From a candidate division FCPU426 bacterium (GTDB taxonomy: Bacteria; Oederibacteriota; Muellerivitia; Muellerivitales; Muellerivitaceae), in the NCBI GenBank assembly GCA_963830915.1, contig CAWHOE010000073.1, positions 1 through 10,001 of the forward strand: a stretch of DNA of 10,001 bases. Direction: 5' to 3'. Under the pieces are notes generated by a model. It saw only the letters and a program-made list of their open reading frames with translations. It was not told where the DNA came from and did no database searches. Shown here in pieces: positions 7,801-10,001 of the stretch (positions within the stretch are counted from its first letter, which is position 1; every line of letters starts with the position of its first letter). The position numbers were made by a program, and so were the translations under genes.

Positions 7801-7868
7801 CCCGTAGGCTTTTCTTAAGGTGCCAAATTGGCACCTTAAGATTTTGTGTTTTCCAGACTCAAGTGAAA
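7801..7868 (-). pseudogene. Decayed duplicate fragment of the ORF6N internal segment
   Basis: It aligns to 7569-7637 with a 1-nt deletion: FHLSLE-HKILRCQFGTLRKAYG versus FQLTPEEQKILRFQFGTLGLEHG. By hand count 46/57 nt are identical over the first 19 codons, and several changes are synonymous. Confidence 0.65.
7813..7841. promoter_or_regulatory. Perfect 29-bp palindrome (copy 2), candidate operator
   Basis: TCTTAAGGTGCCAA-A-TTGGCACCTTAAGA has 14-bp arms and lies about 20 bp upstream of the ORF6N start codon. The operator role is inferred. Confidence 0.6.
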
Positions 7869-7876
7869 TTTAACTG

Positions 7877-7903
7877 TCTAAGGTTCCAACTTGGCACCTT
7901 AGA
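7877..7903. promoter_or_regulatory. Near-perfect 27-bp palindrome (copy 3), candidate operator
   Basis: TCTAAGGTTCCAA-C-TTGGCACCTTAGA has 13-bp arms with one mismatch. Its centre is 63 bp from the centre of copy 2. Confidence 0.6.
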
Positions 7904-7975
7904 AGATGTCCTAAAAATTCTGTTTCTGAATAAGTACGGTTGTGAACCATTATTCTTCTCGTCCTCAATGCCTCC

Positions 7976-8746
7976 CTATAGAATGGAGTATGAAATTATT
8001 AGTTGAGGGTGGTTGGTAACGGTCGCATCCGTATTAGGATAAAAATCAATATTCCCTGTTTGTTCCCCACTATCGCTGTTGCTGGTTACCACAACCCCGT
8101 CGTTAATACCGGTAATCCAGTTCTGGACTACCGAGGGGGTGAGATTCCAAGCGTATGTCTTGGAGGTGCCATTAACGGCTGACGTGAAAGTCACGGTATC
8201 CATCGGGGCGGAAATAAAATGATAACCCCTGACGAAACCTACTCCTGCGGCGTTGCAATTGCTCCAAGTGCCAGAACCGTTGTAAAAATTCCAATTGGCT
8301 CCAAGATTCCAGGTACAACCTCCTGAAACCATCAACGGAACGTCCATGTCATTTACGCCTATTGAATATGTAACTCCAGCGGTAAGGCTCGTTGTTGTTT
8401 GGGTTACAAGAAGCAAGGCGGCTTTAAGAACCATCGTGTTTTGTGGAAGCGAGGAAAGATTAAACTTGATCAGAACACGGCCATAGTTAGAGGTTGCGGG
8501 TCCCATGGAAACACGCAAAGAAGCCGCGCTGGAATGAGCGGTTGTAGGATTGGAAGCGTCCAACCAGGTATTGGTCGTACCAGAATAAGTGGCGGTTGGA
8601 AATTGCCCATCCTGGAAAGAAGTCTCAAAGCTGGAAGGGCCGGTTGTTCCCGTGGAACCCGAGGGACCGGCTGGGCCTTGTTTACCGTCGCAACCAGCCA
8701 ACATAAGAGTCAGACCGAGCAAAACCATCAGATTGTATTTTTTCAT
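7976..8746 (-). CDS. Lipoprotein with a short collagen-like linker and a DNRLRE/CBM96-like domain (256 aa)
   Basis: Likely start is ATG at 8746 with RBS AGGAGG, followed by lipobox LAGC and (GXY)6 GKQGPAGPSGSTGTTGPS. Motifs RVLIKFNLSSLPQNTMVLKAALLL, WNLTPSVVQNWITGINDGVVV and HPQLIISY are typical of DNRLRE-type domains. Confidence 0.8.
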   Translation of the reverse strand: MKKYNLMVLLGLTLMLAGCDGKQGPAGPSGSTGTTGPSSFETSFQDGQFPTATYSGTTNTWLDASNPTTAHSSAASLRVSMGPATSNYGRVLIKFNLSSLPQNTMVLKAALLLVTQTTTSLTAGVTYSIGVNDMDVPLMVSGGCTWNLGANWNFYNGSGTWSNCNAAGVGFVRGYHFISAPMDTVTFTSAVNGTSKTYAWNLTPSVVQNWITGINDGVVVTSNSDSGEQTGNIDFYPNTDATVTNHPQLIISYSIL

Positions 8747-8756
8747 CACCGACCTC

Positions 8757-9836
8757 CTAAAAATTAGAATTAATAATTGTTGTGTTATCCCCGTTGTTGA
8801 AAGTAAGAGCGCCGCTACCTGAAAGTGAATAACCAGCCCCGGAAACCGTAGCATGCACTGTGTATCCTCCATCGGTACTATTCAAACCAGCGATCCATAC
8901 ATTTCCTCCATTTGCTAATGACCCATTTCCTTGGGATTGTAAACTCCCATTGAAATAAAGTGACCAAGAGACACTCCACGTCATTCCGCAATCCGATGTA
9001 GAGGCCAGCCTCAAACTAACAGGACCAGAAAACCCGGATGTAGGTGTCTTATATGTTTGGATCAACTTCACATTGGTTATGAAGTTTTTAGTGATAGTAG
9101 TTGGATTAGATTGAATGTAATTAGGCTGGGCGACAGTACTATTGAGTTTCGTTCCAGTGAAATAAAGAACTGGTTGTTCAATAGCGCAAGGGTTGGCTGG
9201 AATTATCACAGTTACCGTACCTGAATTAACGCCAGTTCCAGTCCCTAATACAGGGGGGTAAAAAGATACATTCCAACCAGTAGGAAGACTACTAACAGGA
9301 CCATATGACAATGAGACAGGCTCGTTGAGATTCCCAGGCTGACTGTAACTCACACCATATGAAAGAATAGTTTGGGAGTTATAAGCGTAGTATTGAGGCG
9401 AGGTAATGTTCGAAACAGCAAAACTTTGAGATGCGGCAGATAAATAATAATTGCCCCCGGAGTTGTTAGTAATGGTGATCGGGATTGTGCTGTAACCAAA
9501 ATAGGACTGTTGGGACACACCGGCAGTCCAAATTCCGTTTTTTATGCTCGAGACATTAAATGGGGCGTATCCGACCATGTTCTGGGTTACTGAAGTAATT
9601 GTATTACCAGTTGGGTCGACCAAAAAGACAGTCACACCACCCATGAGGGTGGTTCCATCCACAACGTAAATATTGAACGAGCCGGATGTTGGAGTGGGCG
9701 TATAGGTCGGTCGATCCAAGCCCATGGGGGCTGTGATGCCAAATGGAGCTGGTGATTTCTGACAGCCAATGACCAAAGCGACGAAGCAGAAAACGGAAAT
9801 GAGAAGTAATGAGATACATTTGGTTTTCATATTCAT
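8757..9836 (-). CDS. Ser/Thr/Gly/Asn-rich surface lipoprotein with probable beta-sandwich (Ig-like) domains
   Basis: 359 aa with RBS AGAGGG and lipobox VIGC. It has a TYTPTPT linker, beta-rich composition, an 'LPTGWNVSF' motif common in Ig-like domains, and few charged residues. Confidence 0.75.
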   Translation of the reverse strand: MNMKTKCISLLLISVFCFVALVIGCQKSPAPFGITAPMGLDRPTYTPTPTSGSFNIYVVDGTTLMGGVTVFLVDPTGNTITSVTQNMVGYAPFNVSSIKNGIWTAGVSQQSYFGYSTIPITITNNSGGNYYLSAASQSFAVSNITSPQYYAYNSQTILSYGVSYSQPGNLNEPVSLSYGPVSSLPTGWNVSFYPPVLGTGTGVNSGTVTVIIPANPCAIEQPVLYFTGTKLNSTVAQPNYIQSNPTTITKNFITNVKLIQTYKTPTSGFSGPVSLRLASTSDCGMTWSVSWSLYFNGSLQSQGNGSLANGGNVWIAGLNSTDGGYTVHATVSGAGYSLSGSGALTFNNGDNTTIINSNF

Positions 9837-9994
9837 AAACCCTCTATTTTGTTCTGTTTGAAATAACGGTCTTCGAGTTCTTCCCGGATGATGTCGGATT
9901 TCGTAAATACTCTTCCCTTAGACTCGTGAGACCTGATTTCTTCCAAAATTTATTCTTGGAGGATCGGGGAAATGGTTACTTCAAGGCGAGTCAT
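9833..9994 (-). pseudogene. Ribbon-helix-helix (CopG/Arc/MetJ-like) regulator with a premature stop
   Basis: Hand translation gives MTRLEVTISPILQE*ILEEIRSHESKGRVFTKSDIIREELEDRYFKQNKIEGL*. It shows an alternating beta-strand, a helix and an S-D-I-I-R helix-B motif, with an internal TAA at 9950-9952. The final TGA overlaps the lipoprotein ATG (ATGA). The frame may extend beyond the window. Confidence 0.65.
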
Positions 9995-10001
9995 CTTTAA
10001 A

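Noticed and set aside
7569..7868. Diversity-generating retroelement TR/VR pair
   Set aside because: The differences are not adenine-specific (C/T, G/C, C/G, T/G) and no reverse transcriptase is present in the window.
7579..7903. CRISPR mini-array made of the palindromic repeats
   Set aside because: There are only three non-identical copies with irregular spacing (232 and 63 bp), one lies inside a conserved CDS, and no cas genes are visible.
7770..8006. Plus-strand 78-aa ORF containing LRCQIGTL and LRFQLGTL, resembling the ORF6N motif
   Set aside because: Palindromes read almost the same on both strands, which explains the resemblance. The ORF also overlaps both flanking minus-strand genes and has no other support.
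8747..8872. N-terminal extension of the 298-aa ORF
   Set aside because: It overlaps the upstream lipoprotein gene. ATG 8746 has a strong AGGAGG RBS and yields a proper lipoprotein signal peptide.

Overview
Every credible gene in this window lies on the minus strand. Bases 1-6985 hold a tightly coupled type IV secretion/conjugation-like operon. In transcription order it encodes an outer-membrane beta-barrel, two secreted unknowns, a VirB2/TrbC-like pilin, a VirB6/TrbL-like protein, a PrgI/VirB3-like protein and a VirB4-like ATPase. The ATPase is absent from the ORF track because it runs off the left edge. Upstream are a ~200-bp highly structured MITE-like element, an ORF6N-domain DNA-binding gene, two AT-richer lipoprotein genes (one DNRLRE/CBM96-like) and a ribbon-helix-helix pseudogene. 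The most striking signal is at the ORF6N locus. Its conserved LRxQFxT motif is encoded by a perfect 33-bp palindrome, and two variant copies sit just upstream of the gene. One copy lies inside a decayed duplicate of the coding segment and carries compensatory changes. The same gene has an in-frame double-hairpin insertion. The VirB6-like protein also contains an internal domain resembling the neighbouring pilin. All family assignments come from motif recognition by eye; no database search was run.
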